This document shows, piece by piece, positions 1 to 9,287 of a stretch of DNA of 64,000 bases. The stretch is from Myxococcota bacterium (lineage in GTDB: Bacteria; Myxococcota_A; UBA796; UBA9615; JAKLKC01). The notes under the pieces are model-generated. The model saw nothing but the letters and a program-made list of their open reading frames with translations, searched no databases and was not told where the DNA came from. The stretch covers positions 9,119-73,118 of the forward strand of contig JAKLKC010000024.1 in NCBI GenBank assembly GCA_023150875.1, read 5' to 3'. Every line of letters starts with the position of its first letter. The stretch's first letter is position 1. A program made the translations under genes and the position numbers.

Positions 1-1
1 C

Positions 2-127
2 GACGTGGACTTCGCCGAGGAGACGGCGGACTTCAACCGCAACACGACGTTCCAGCAGGCCGGGATCTCGGTGCTCGCCCAGGCGAACTCGGCGTCCCAG
101 CAGGTGCTCCAGCTCCTCCAGGGCTAG
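2..127 (+). CDS. fliC: Flagellin, C-terminal end (partial, starts before window)
   Basis: Frame 2 reads DVDFAEETADFNRNTTFQQAGISVLAQANSASQQVLQLLQG*, the conserved flagellin D0 C-terminus; followed by fliD and fliS. Confidence 0.93.
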   Translation, partial: DVDFAEETADFNRNTTFQQAGISVLAQANSASQQVLQLLQG

Positions 128-133
128 CCCGCG

Positions 134-172
134 ACCGCGCGCCGGCGATCCCCATCGTCGCCGGCGCGCGGT
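134..172 (+). terminator. Stem-loop after flagellin (terminator or mRNA-stabilising hairpin)
   Basis: Perfect 15-bp stem accgcgcgccggcga/tcgccggcgcgcggt with 9-nt loop, 6 nt after the fliC stop; no U-tract. Confidence 0.6.
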
Positions 173-267
173 GAGCGGGGCGGCCCGACGCCGCGTCAGG
201 GGAAGGCGCGGCCTCGGGACGCCCCGGCGGGCCCCCGGAGACCGACCAGAGCCTTGTCCGTTCACCC

Positions 268-312
268 TCCCGCCGCCGCGCCGCCTCATGGCGCGGCGGC
301 GGGATCCGAAAG
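268..312 (+). promoter_or_regulatory. Second 15-bp hairpin overlapping a possible sigma28-type promoter of fliD
   Basis: Stem tcccgccgccgcgcc/ggcgcggcggcggga (268-304); TCATG-N14-TCCGAAAG (286-312) resembles TCAAG-N14-GCCGATA. Confidence 0.4.
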
Positions 313-360
313 GCAGGGAAGGGACCGAGGGCGGCGCGCGGTCCGATCCGGAGCGGAACG

Positions 361-1704
361 GTGGGAAGCGTATTCATCAGTGGCCTGGCGTCCGGACTCG
401 ACACCACCGGCATCGTCAGCCAGCTCGTCGAGGTCTACTCCACGCCCCAGAGCACCCTGGAGAGCCAGAAGAGGGACGCCGAGACGGAGCTGGACCTCGT
501 GGAGGAGCTCCAGTCCTTGATGGAGGCCCTCCAGGAGACCATCCAGGGGATCGACACCGCCGAGGAGCTACGCTCGGTCACCGTCGCCAACCCCGGCACG
601 AACGCCGTGTCGGTCACCGCCGACCCCGAGACCGCCATCGCCGGCTCCTACACCCTCGACATCGCCGACCTCGCCACCGCCGAGACCGAGTACTCGGTGG
701 AGGGCTTCGCCACGGCGGACGCCTCCCTCGGGAGCGGCACGGTGACGCTGACCGTCGGCGGGGTGGTGACGGAGATCGTGGTGGACGCCGCCTCCGGCAA
801 CGACACCCTGGAGGACCTCGCGGCCTGGATCTCCGAGAACGTGGAAGGCGTCAGCGCCTACGTCATGAACGACGGCAGCGGCACGGACGCCTACCACCTG
901 GTGCTCCAGGGGACCGAGACGGGGGAGGCCAACGACATCTCCGTCAGCGCCACCCTCGGTACCTCGCTGACCTTCACCGAGACCGTGGCCGCCAGCGACG
1001 CCCACTTCAGCCTCAACGGGATCGATATCCAATCGGCTTCCAACTCCGTGGAGGGGCTGGTGCCGGGCCTGACCTTCGACCTGTCCCAGGGCGGCGGCGG
1101 ACCCATCGAGATCCGCGTCGAGGAGGACGTCGACGGGATGGTGTCCAACATCCAGGGCTTCGTCGACGCCTACAACGCGGTCATCGACTTCTTCAACGAC
1201 CAGGCGTTCGACGCCGAGACCGGTGAGGGCACGGCCCTGACCGGCGACTCCCTGATCCGGAACCTCCAGAGCGACCTCGCGTCGGTCATCGCGTCGTCGT
1301 ACCCGGGTGGGGCCTACGAGGTCCTGTCGTTCATCGGCTTCTCGACGGAGGACGACGGATCCCTTGCGTTGGACGCGGAAGAGCTGAAGGAGGCGCTCCA
1401 GGCCGATCGGGAGGCGGTGGTGGACCTCTTCACCGGCGGCGGGAACGTGTTCTCGCGCCTGAACGAGGAGATCGTCCAGGCCCTCGACGGCGACAGCGGA
1501 GCCATCGCGGTGCGGATCGACAGCCTGAACGACCAGATCGAGGACCTGGGCGAGCAGGTGGACGACTGGGACCGGCGGATCGCCGACTACGAGGCCCGCC
1601 TCACCAACCAGTTCGTCCAGCTCGAGCTGATCATCGCCGAGTACCAGGCGACGGGCGATTACCTGACTCAGCTCTTCGAGAGCATGTCCAGTGGCAGTGA
1701 CTGA
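361..1704 (+). CDS. fliD: Flagellar filament cap protein
   Basis: N-terminal ISGLASGLDTTGIVSQLV; FVDAYNAVIDF; C-terminal YEARLTNQFVQLE; GC3-rich; located between fliC and fliS. Confidence 0.93.
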   Translation: MGSVFISGLASGLDTTGIVSQLVEVYSTPQSTLESQKRDAETELDLVEELQSLMEALQETIQGIDTAEELRSVTVANPGTNAVSVTADPETAIAGSYTLDIADLATAETEYSVEGFATADASLGSGTVTLTVGGVVTEIVVDAASGNDTLEDLAAWISENVEGVSAYVMNDGSGTDAYHLVLQGTETGEANDISVSATLGTSLTFTETVAASDAHFSLNGIDIQSASNSVEGLVPGLTFDLSQGGGGPIEIRVEEDVDGMVSNIQGFVDAYNAVIDFFNDQAFDAETGEGTALTGDSLIRNLQSDLASVIASSYPGGAYEVLSFIGFSTEDDGSLALDAEELKEALQADREAVVDLFTGGGNVFSRLNEEIVQALDGDSGAIAVRIDSLNDQIEDLGEQVDDWDRRIADYEARLTNQFVQLELIIAEYQATGDYLTQLFESMSSGSD

Positions 1705-1753
1705 TGGGGGGGCCGGAGGCCCACCCGAAGCGGAGCGGCGAGGTGCAGGGAAG

Positions 1754-2134
1754 ATGAGCCTCAATCCCTACGTGAAGCGGTACCAGCAGGCCCAGGTGGC
1801 GACGCTGACCCCGGACCAGCTCCTGCTGATGCTCGTGGACGGTGCCCTGCTCCGGGCCGAGCAGGCGGAGGCCGGCGAGACGGCCGAGGTCCGCCGTACC
1901 GCCCTGGACAAGCTGCGCCGCATCGTCGCCGAGCTGGTGGACTCCCTGAACGTCGACGTGGGGGGCGAGGTGGCGGTCGGGCTGATGCGCTCCTACGCCG
2001 CCCTGCTCCGTCTCGTCGCCCGGGCCCACGCCACCGACGACCCGGCCGCGCTGGGGGAGGTGGCGAGGAGGGTCCGAACGATGCACGACCTGTGGCACGC
2101 CACGGTCCGCAAGGCCCGAGAGGAGGAGGACTGA
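1754..2134 (+). CDS. fliS: Flagellar export chaperone FliS
   Basis: YQQAQVATLTPDQLLLMLVDGA and IVAELVDSLNVDVGGEVA motifs; synteny after fliD. Confidence 0.88.
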   Translation: MSLNPYVKRYQQAQVATLTPDQLLLMLVDGALLRAEQAEAGETAEVRRTALDKLRRIVAELVDSLNVDVGGEVAVGLMRSYAALLRLVARAHATDDPAALGEVARRVRTMHDLWHATVRKAREEED

Positions 2135-2135
2135 G

Positions 2136-2483
2136 ATGGCGGCCGACGCCGTGTCCCTCCTCGCCGGCATGGTGGCCCTGTCCCAGGAGATGCGCGCCGC
2201 GGGGGACGACGGCCTCGCCTACGACTGGGTCGCCGCCGCGGGGAAGTGCCGCCGCCTGGGCGCGCGCCTGCGGCGGACCGATCCCGCGGACTTCGCCAGC
2301 GCCGACGCCGACGCCGTGGGGTCGCTGATCGGGAGCCTCCGGCGCGAGGTGGAGGCCCTGGAGCGGGACCGCGCGGCGGCGGGGGACGAGATGGCCCGGC
2401 TGCGCCGGGGCCGGACCGCCCTGAAGGGCTACCGCGAGGCGACGGCCCGCGCCCCCCGGAGGCGGATCCGCGACCGGAAGTGA
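2136..2483 (+). CDS. Small helical protein, FliT/FlgN-like position
   Basis: Starts 1 nt after the fliS stop; coiled-coil character; C-terminal ALKGY. Confidence 0.55.
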   Translation: MAADAVSLLAGMVALSQEMRAAGDDGLAYDWVAAAGKCRRLGARLRRTDPADFASADADAVGSLIGSLRREVEALERDRAAAGDEMARLRRGRTALKGYREATARAPRRRIRDRK

Positions 2484-2741
2484 GCCGCCCGGCTCCCCTG
2501 CGACCGGGGGGCCAGCGTCGGATCGCCGTCGCGCTACCGTCAATCCCGCGTCGCTCCTGGGACCCGGCCGGGGATGGGTGGGCCGGGATCCCGACCTTCG
2601 GTGAGGCCGCCACCGGGCCGGAGGGCGAGCCCCGTCGCGGGGATCCGGTCCTCCGCGCCCCGAATGGCCCCTCCCTCCCCCGGTGGCACGCATCCTGCTC
2701 GGGTGGGGAGCGGCCGAGGACGGCCACCGGAGGCGCCAAGA

Positions 2742-3317
2742 ATGCACTCCATCGGCCCAGCGCCGGCCACCGCCCCCGATCGCACCTGGCACCGGGTGGA
2801 GACGTGGCTCCGCGTCCGCGTCGACCCCGCGCCGCCCCAGGGGGAGGGCGACGCGCCCCGGGAGGCCCTGACCGAGGTCGCCCGGACCTGCTACGGCGTG
2901 CTGGACTCCCTGCGCCACCTGCGGCTGGAGCTCGACTCCGCCGACCGGGTGGTCGCCGAGCGGATCCAGCGGTTCTGCGCCGCGGTGGCCTCGGCCATCG
3001 AGGACCTGGAGGCCCGGGCCGACGGCGAGGGCTTGCCCCCTCCCTCCCCCGGGGACGTCTCCGGCGGGGGCCTCGGGGTCGCCTGCCCCCGCGCCCACGC
3101 CGTGGACGACCGGGTCCGGGTGGCGTTCCGGCTGGAGGAGACCGCAGCGCCCCTGACCTTCCGCGCCGCCGCCCGGGTGGCCTCCTGCCGCCGGGTGGAT
3201 GCGCCCCCCGGGTACCGCCTGGGGCTGGAGTTCGTGGACCTGGACGAGGAGTCGCGGGAGAGGCTGGTGGCGTTGCTCTTCGAGGTCCAGAGGCGGCAAC
3301 GGAGGGCGGAAAGGTGA
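2742..3317 (+). CDS. PilZ-domain (c-di-GMP receptor-like) protein
   Basis: DVSGGG (DxSxGG) motif and C-terminal YRLGLEFVDLDEESRERLVALLF. Confidence 0.75.
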   Translation: MHSIGPAPATAPDRTWHRVETWLRVRVDPAPPQGEGDAPREALTEVARTCYGVLDSLRHLRLELDSADRVVAERIQRFCAAVASAIEDLEARADGEGLPPPSPGDVSGGGLGVACPRAHAVDDRVRVAFRLEETAAPLTFRAAARVASCRRVDAPPGYRLGLEFVDLDEESRERLVALLFEVQRRQRRAER

Positions 3318-4891
3318 GAGATCCTGCTGACATCCGGCGGGGCCGGGCCGGCGCGGCGGCCCTGGCGGCCCTGGCGATGGGGGCGACGGCGGCGACGGCG
3401 GCGGCGGGGGACGCGCCTCCGATCCGCGCCGGGGGCGGGGTCGCCTGGGCCCTCCAGGGGAGCGGCGCCACCGCGACCGCCTACCCGGAGCCGGGGACGG
3501 TCGAGGGCATGGCCCGCGTGGGCTGGGTCTTCGCCCCGTTCGCCGAGGCGTCCCTGCGGGTGGGCTTCCAGGTCCGGAAGGGCCTGGCCCACGACGTCGA
3601 GAGCGGGCTCGCCGTGGACGGGGCCGCCTCTCACCTGTACCAGGTGCCCCTGCTGCTGGGGGTGGACCTGCGGCTGGACCGCTCCCCCCGCCAGCCGGTG
3701 GTCCCCTACGCCGGCGCGGGGCTGACGTCGGTGCTGTGGCACGAGGCCGTCGACGGCGGGCCCGCCCGGACCGGGGCGGACTGGGGGCCCTACGCGGTGG
3801 TGGGGGTGGGGATCCGGCTGGTGGGGCGGGAGGGGGCGTGGCGGGGGAGGCCGGTGCGGGGCCGGTCGTTGGCGGACGTGCTCCTGAACGTGGAGGCCGT
3901 CGCCGCCCGGGCCGACTCCTTCGGGGACGGCATGGACCTGTCGTCCCTGCGGGTCATGGCGGGGCTGACGGTGGCCTTCTCGGAGGGCGGGGATCCCGGG
4001 AGGCTGGCGATCCGGGCGCCGCCTCCCCCCGAGGCGCCGCCGCCGCGTCCCCCCTCGCCTCCCCAGGTGACGGGGATCCTGGCGGAGGGGGGAGAGCCCC
4101 GCTACCAGCTCGACGTGGGAGGGGAGTGGGGGGTGGTGCCGGGGGCGCTGCTCAGAATCTTCCGGGCGGTGGAGGTGCCCACCGCCGACGGCAGGCCGGC
4201 GCCCCCCCTCATGCATCCGGTGGGTTGGATGGAAGTGGAGTCGGTGGGCCCGGGGACGGCCCTGGCCCGCCTCCGGGCCTTGGAGCCCGGCCAGAAGCCG
4301 AGGATCGGGGACCGCCTGCTGGGGAGCGGCGCCCTGGGCTCGCGCCCGGCGACGGCGGAGATCCGGGTGGCGGCGGACGAGGTGCTGGCGGGGGGCGGTG
4401 AGCCCGGAGCCAGCGGCCTCGCCCTGTCGGCGTGGGCCGGGCGGATGGCGCGGGTGGAGGGGCTCGTCACGGTGTCGGTGCGCCTGCCCGCCGCGCCGGG
4501 CATGGGGGAGGCGATGGCCGCTCCCACCGACCTCACCCGGGTGGACGGGGAGGGTGCCGAGGGGGGAGAGGGAGTGCGGCTGGTGGGGATCGAGAGGAAG
4601 AGGGACGCCGCCACCGTCGCCCTGGAGGGGGCCCGGAGCCTCGCGGCGGCGCTGGCCGGCACCCTGGGCATCCCGGCGGAGCGCGTGGTCGCCATGGTGG
4701 AGCCCCCCGATCCCGGGGGCCTGCCGGGGGGCGAGGTGGTGGTGCGGGCCGAAGGGGTGACCTGGTCCGGCACCGAGGGCGTCCCCGTGCCCGAGCCCGA
4801 CCGGCGGCCCGCCCGGAAGGGGCCCAGGAAGAAGCCGAAGGAGGACCGGGAGGACGCCGTCGGGGGCGAGGTGGTGGTGCCCTTGAGCTGA
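3314..4891 (+). CDS. Secreted protein: OM beta-barrel + FlgT-C-like domain + degenerate OmpA-like C-terminus
   Basis: GTGA overlap with PilZ gene; Ala-rich signal; amphipathic strands (VVPYAGAGLTSVLW, MAGLTVAF); YQLDVGGEWGVVPGALLRIFR...VGWMEVESV...IGDRL. Confidence 0.55.
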   Translation: MRDPADIRRGRAGAAALAALAMGATAATAAAGDAPPIRAGGGVAWALQGSGATATAYPEPGTVEGMARVGWVFAPFAEASLRVGFQVRKGLAHDVESGLAVDGAASHLYQVPLLLGVDLRLDRSPRQPVVPYAGAGLTSVLWHEAVDGGPARTGADWGPYAVVGVGIRLVGREGAWRGRPVRGRSLADVLLNVEAVAARADSFGDGMDLSSLRVMAGLTVAFSEGGDPGRLAIRAPPPPEAPPPRPPSPPQVTGILAEGGEPRYQLDVGGEWGVVPGALLRIFRAVEVPTADGRPAPPLMHPVGWMEVESVGPGTALARLRALEPGQKPRIGDRLLGSGALGSRPATAEIRVAADEVLAGGGEPGASGLALSAWAGRMARVEGLVTVSVRLPAAPGMGEAMAAPTDLTRVDGEGAEGGEGVRLVGIERKRDAATVALEGARSLAAALAGTLGIPAERVVAMVEPPDPGGLPGGEVVVRAEGVTWSGTEGVPVPEPDRRPARKGPRKKPKEDREDAVGGEVVVPLS

Positions 4892-5012
4892 GCTGTCAGG
4901 CGCCGGCACTCGGCCGAAGCGTAGGGGGCGCGCGTCCTTCCGGGCGCGGAGGCGGCCCGGGATCACCCGTCGGGGTGCGGGGAGGTTGCAACGCGCGGCG
5001 GGCGTGGGGTCG

Positions 5013-6692
5013 TCAGGGCTGTCCGGCGCCTTCCACCAGGTTCGAGAGCTGCTCGGCCGAGAGGAGATCGCGCGCGGCTGCCTCCTCGACCAGCTCCAGC
5101 CAGCGGTGGCTCCACGGCCGATCACCCAACCGGGGTCCCCCGAGTCCGTTCGGCTCGGGGAACGGAAGCCGGAAGGTCCCGGACCACGCAAGCTCGACTG
5201 CCTGGGAGGAAGCCTCCTCCCAATCCCGATGCTTGCCGGAGGCAACGAGGGCGGCCAGCCTGCCCCGGACGTCGTCCAAGTGCAGGTGATTGAGCAGGTG
5301 CGCGCAAGCGGTGCGGGGTGTGACGCCGAACGCGAGGGCGACGTCCCGCGCTGCTGCGCGGAGGCTGTCATCGTCGATGCCCGCACGGGGGATCTCCAGG
5401 ATCTGGTTCATCCTGTCCCGAGGTGCCAGGAAGTACACCGAGAACGCATTCGCGAACGCCTCGCTACGGCTGCGCGGGTCCTCTGAATAGCCGCAGGCGC
5501 CCTCCGGATCCCCCGCGACGACGTGCCCGAGGAGGTGCCCGATCGCGAACCGGAGGCGACCTGGCCCATGGAACGCCCAGTCCGACCCGATCACCAGGGT
5601 TGGTTGCCCAGCCACGCCGGATGACCACGTCCCGAGGGCCTTGGGGCTTGGGAGCTCGCCGGCGGCGACGTCGAAGCCGATCCCGCGAACGAATTCCATG
5701 AGGTCGTCGATGTCCGGCCGTTCCCTGTGGAACACCCTTCTTCGAAGCTCGTTCGCCGCGAGCTCCGCGCGCTTCCAGACCTGCGCGTAGTTGCTGTTCG
5801 ATCCGTCGCGCCGGATTTCGGAGATCTGCCTTGCCGCTTCCCACCAGCGCCGGAGGGGATCCGTGCTCGCCACCCGGCGGGAGAGTGCCCCGAGTTCGTC
5901 GGCGAACCTCATCGCGACACGGTTGAACGCGATGGAGGACCGCCGGATGACCTGCGGCGTCAACCAGTTCTTCCGGGCGTCGTTCAAGGGCTCCCCGGCA
6001 ACCTGCATCGCCTTCCGCAGTGCCTCGAACCCGGCGCTCGCCGTGACCGCCCAGGGCGTGTCGAGATCGGGCTCGTGCGAGGTCGCGAGATCGGCGGCGG
6101 CGAGGAGTCGTCGGCCGATGGTCGGGTCCTCCGACATCGCTTCGAGGCCGCTCCGGTTGAATTCCGAAAGGAGTTCGCCCGCGCCAGACCGGAGACGGGA
6201 GCGGAGCTCGGCGACGACCGCCGCCCGCGGCACGTACCGCTCGCCGAGATCTTCGGCCAGCGCGAGCCGGGCAGCGCTGACCAGCGGACTCCCTTCGAGC
6301 AGGCCGTCCGCGCGGACCAGACGTCCCAGTCGCTCCAGCGGATCTCCAGGCCGGAGGGCGGTCAGGATCTCGTTGGCCGCCTCGCGGCGGCGAATCCTCT
6401 CGACCGCGCCGTGGTCCACGAACCGGATGGCCGGGGGCTCCCTTGCGTCCAGCAGGGGCACGCGGCGCCGCTGCCAAGGCGCTGGGCTCGGCAGGTCGGT
6501 CCACGGGCCACTCCTCGGGTCCCGCGGACCCTCCGAATCGTATCCGAGGAGGGTACCCGTGCTGGTCTCTGCGACGGGAATGAACCAGTCGCCCGTTGCT
6601 TGCCGGAACAGCAGGACCCGAGCGGGCCGCCCTACACTGTCGCATGCGTGGACGTGCGTGACCACCCATCCCTGGGCTGGGCGCCCCCTCAT
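5013..6692 (-). CDS. ImmA/IrrE (DUF955)-like Zn-peptidase-fold protein with degenerate HExxH (HLLGH) and long N-terminal extension
   Basis: AANELRRRV...PDIDDLMEFVRGIGFDV; RLRFAIGHLLGH; SEAFANAFSVYFLAP; ATGA overlap with upstream gene; lower GC than flanks. Confidence 0.72.
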   Translation of the reverse strand: MRGRPAQGWVVTHVHACDSVGRPARVLLFRQATGDWFIPVAETSTGTLLGYDSEGPRDPRSGPWTDLPSPAPWQRRRVPLLDAREPPAIRFVDHGAVERIRRREAANEILTALRPGDPLERLGRLVRADGLLEGSPLVSAARLALAEDLGERYVPRAAVVAELRSRLRSGAGELLSEFNRSGLEAMSEDPTIGRRLLAAADLATSHEPDLDTPWAVTASAGFEALRKAMQVAGEPLNDARKNWLTPQVIRRSSIAFNRVAMRFADELGALSRRVASTDPLRRWWEAARQISEIRRDGSNSNYAQVWKRAELAANELRRRVFHRERPDIDDLMEFVRGIGFDVAAGELPSPKALGTWSSGVAGQPTLVIGSDWAFHGPGRLRFAIGHLLGHVVAGDPEGACGYSEDPRSRSEAFANAFSVYFLAPRDRMNQILEIPRAGIDDDSLRAAARDVALAFGVTPRTACAHLLNHLHLDDVRGRLAALVASGKHRDWEEASSQAVELAWSGTFRLPFPEPNGLGGPRLGDRPWSHRWLELVEEAAARDLLSAEQLSNLVEGAGQP

Positions 6693-7450
6693 GCTCCCTC
6701 CGCGAGGGTCCGGACGAAGCGTGAGACCTCCTCCCGGATCGGTGGGACTCCTGCCTTCCGTCGGACCTGGGAGAAATGCGCCCCCACCCTCCACGCCGTC
6801 GCTTGGAGGGCAGCCAGACCCCTCAACCAGTCCGAGCGGGCGAGCCGGTCATCCTCGGGATCGATGAACACGGCGAGGAGCATGTCGTCCAGGACCAAGG
6901 CACCGTCGAAGCGTGCCTCGGGCGTGGTAAGCCAGTCGAGCGTGCAGCCCGCCTGGAACACGCCGGCCGCATCGGACGCAGAGGTCGGCTCGAATCCCAA
7001 GTAAGAGTCCAGGTCCCGAAAGACCGTCGCCAGGTGCTTGCCCATGTAGGACTCGTCGCCGGGTGATGGCAGGGACCAGGTGCCCACGACGGCCGGACCT
7101 ACGCGCTTGGCCGCTTCCCGGGAGTCCCACGGAGACGACGTTCGAGATGCTCGCGCCCGATGGATGGGACCGAACAGCAGGACGACGGGTGGATCGAAGT
7201 TCGGTGATCGCGCGAACGAAGCGAACACCGACCGATCAGTCCCGATCTCCTTCCTCCTCTCCTTGGAGCCCGGAGGTGCGAGCACCAGTCTCGGAGGGGC
7301 ACCCTCGATCCGCGGGGACTCGCCCATGCGATGGACCAGCGGCAGCGCAGGAAGACACTCGAAGTCGCTATCCGCCCAGCCCCCATCCGGCGCCCGGATG
7401 GATGTCCGATGGGCGCTGAGCATAGCAGCGATGTCGAACGCGTCCGGCAT
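6689..7450 (-). CDS. Hypothetical protein, possible ADP-ribosyltransferase-like fold
   Basis: Translationally coupled to the IrrE-like gene; LPLVH, VFASFAR, PWDS and TPEAR motifs; lower GC. Confidence 0.55.
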   Translation of the reverse strand: MPDAFDIAAMLSAHRTSIRAPDGGWADSDFECLPALPLVHRMGESPRIEGAPPRLVLAPPGSKERRKEIGTDRSVFASFARSPNFDPPVVLLFGPIHRARASRTSSPWDSREAAKRVGPAVVGTWSLPSPGDESYMGKHLATVFRDLDSYLGFEPTSASDAAGVFQAGCTLDWLTTPEARFDGALVLDDMLLAVFIDPEDDRLARSDWLRGLAALQATAWRVGAHFSQVRRKAGVPPIREEVSRFVRTLAEGA

Positions 7451-7700
7451 GGTCTGACACGCAGTCCACGGGGAGAAGTCCTGGCGAAGGGGACCCAGCC
7501 GAGGACCAGGGGAGCGACTACGACGGTAATCATACTACCGGCACCTGATGGCGGCGAGGACTTCCGCGGCCGGCTGGGATACCACCTCGATCCGGGCCGG
7601 GACCGCCATTTCCGCGGCTCCGCGAACGGGCGCGCCAGAGAGAGTGCGGAGGCTTCCGGGCCTAGTGGCCGCGCCATGTCGGCGTGGGACGGCCGGACGG

Positions 7701-9212
7701 TCAGCCCCCGCCACCCCCGAACCGCTCCCGGAGCGTCGCCTTGGTCACCTTCCCCATGGCGTTCCGGGGGAGGTCCGACAGGAAGTGCAGTGTTTTCGGG
7801 ACCTTGAAGCCTGCCAGGCGGGTCCTGAGGTGGGAGATCAGCTCCTCCCCGGAGGGGGACCACCCGGGTTGGAGCACCACGGCGGCCGCGACGGCCTCGC
7901 CGAAGTCGGGGTGGGGGACGCCAAAGACCGCTGACTCCGCCACCCCGGGCAGGGCGTCCAGGGCGTCCTCGACCTCCTTGGGGTAGACGTTGAGGCCGCC
8001 GGTGATGACCAGGTCCTTGGCCCGCCCCGAGAGGGTGACGTACCCGTCCTCTCCCGCCGTGCCGGTGTCGCCGGTGCGGAACCACCCGTCCCCGGCGAAC
8101 TCCGCCCGGGTGCGCTCCGGGAGGCGCCAGTAGCCGGGGAAGACGCCGTCTCCCCGCACCTGGACGTGCCCGACCTGCCCCGCCGGCAGGGGGAGGTCCT
8201 CGCCGTCCACGATCCGCAGCCCGACCCCGGGCAGGGGGCGGCCGACGCTCCCGGGGCGGCGCTCGCCCCGGACCGGGTTGGAGCAGAGCATCCCCGTCTC
8301 GGTCATGCCGTAGCGCTCCAGCACGGCGTGGCCGGTGCGCTCGCGGAACGCGCGGAAGGTGTCCGGCAGGAGGGGCGCCGAGCCGGCGAAGAAGAGGCGC
8401 ATGCCGGCGCACGCCTCCCGCCCCAGCCCGGGTTCCGCCAGCAGGCGCGTGTAGTAGGTGGGGACCCCCATGAACACCGTCGCCCGGGGGAGCAGGGCCA
8501 GGACCCGGGGGGGCTCGAAGCGGGGCTCGAAGAGGATCGGCGCCCCCGAGAGCAGGGCGCAGTGGGTGGCGACGAAGAGCCCGTGGACGTGGAAGATCGG
8601 CAGGGCGTGGAGGAGGACGTCCCCCTCCCCGAACTCCCAGGCCCCCACCAGGACCGTGGCGTTGGAGGCGAGGTTCCGGTGGGTGAGCATCGCCCCCTTG
8701 GGCCGCCCGGTGGTGCCCGAGGTGTACAGCAGGGCCGCGAGGTCGCTCCCCTCCCGGGGGACGACGGGGGCGCGGGCGGGGCGGGCCCGGGCCTCGGTGA
8801 CCAGGGAGCCGGCGCCGTCCCGGCCGAGGGTGAACCGCCTCGCCCCCGGGGCGATCCCCGCCAGCTCCCCCTCCCGCTCGGGGGCGCATACCCACGCCCG
8901 GGGCTCGGCGTCCCCCAGGAAGAAGGCCAGCTCGTCCCGGGTGTAGGCGGGGTTCAGGGGCATCCACACCAGGCCGGCGCGGATCGCCCCCAGGTACAGC
9001 GCAACGGCCTCCGGGCTCTTGTCCACCTGGGCGGCGACCCGATCGCCGGGCTCCAGGCCGGCGTCCAGCAGCAGCCGGGCGATCCGCGCCGACTCGGCCA
9101 GCAGCTCGCCCCCCGCCACGGTCCCGCCCCCGGGGAGCACCAGGACGGGGGCGTCCGGGACGGTGGCCAGGCGGTCGGCGAGGAGGGCGTAGAGGTTGTC
9201 TCGGGCGTCCAT
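7701..9212 (-). CDS. matB: Malonyl-CoA synthetase-like acyl-CoA ligase
   Basis: YTSGTTGRPKG, HALPIFHVHGLF, ERYGMTET, LPRNAMGKV; NLYALL N-terminus and RVAAQVDKS typical of MatB. Confidence 0.85.
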   Translation of the reverse strand: MDARDNLYALLADRLATVPDAPVLVLPGGGTVAGGELLAESARIARLLLDAGLEPGDRVAAQVDKSPEAVALYLGAIRAGLVWMPLNPAYTRDELAFFLGDAEPRAWVCAPEREGELAGIAPGARRFTLGRDGAGSLVTEARARPARAPVVPREGSDLAALLYTSGTTGRPKGAMLTHRNLASNATVLVGAWEFGEGDVLLHALPIFHVHGLFVATHCALLSGAPILFEPRFEPPRVLALLPRATVFMGVPTYYTRLLAEPGLGREACAGMRLFFAGSAPLLPDTFRAFRERTGHAVLERYGMTETGMLCSNPVRGERRPGSVGRPLPGVGLRIVDGEDLPLPAGQVGHVQVRGDGVFPGYWRLPERTRAEFAGDGWFRTGDTGTAGEDGYVTLSGRAKDLVITGGLNVYPKEVEDALDALPGVAESAVFGVPHPDFGEAVAAAVVLQPGWSPSGEELISHLRTRLAGFKVPKTLHFLSDLPRNAMGKVTKATLRERFGGGGG

Positions 9213-9262
9213 GGCCGGGCCAGGATAGTCGGTCCGGCCCGGGGCCGCGAGGGGCCGGGCGT

Positions 9263-9287
9263 CCCCGCTCAAGCCGGGCCCGCCCGC
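9263..9287 (+). repeat. 25-bp direct repeat, copy 1 (cmk 3' end)
   Basis: ccccgctcaagccgggcccgcccgc; 24/25 identical to 10471-10495. Confidence 0.75.

Noticed and set aside
128..360. c-di-GMP riboswitch upstream of fliD
   Set aside because: Only simple GC hairpins; no recognisable class I/II consensus (an Rfam scan would settle it)
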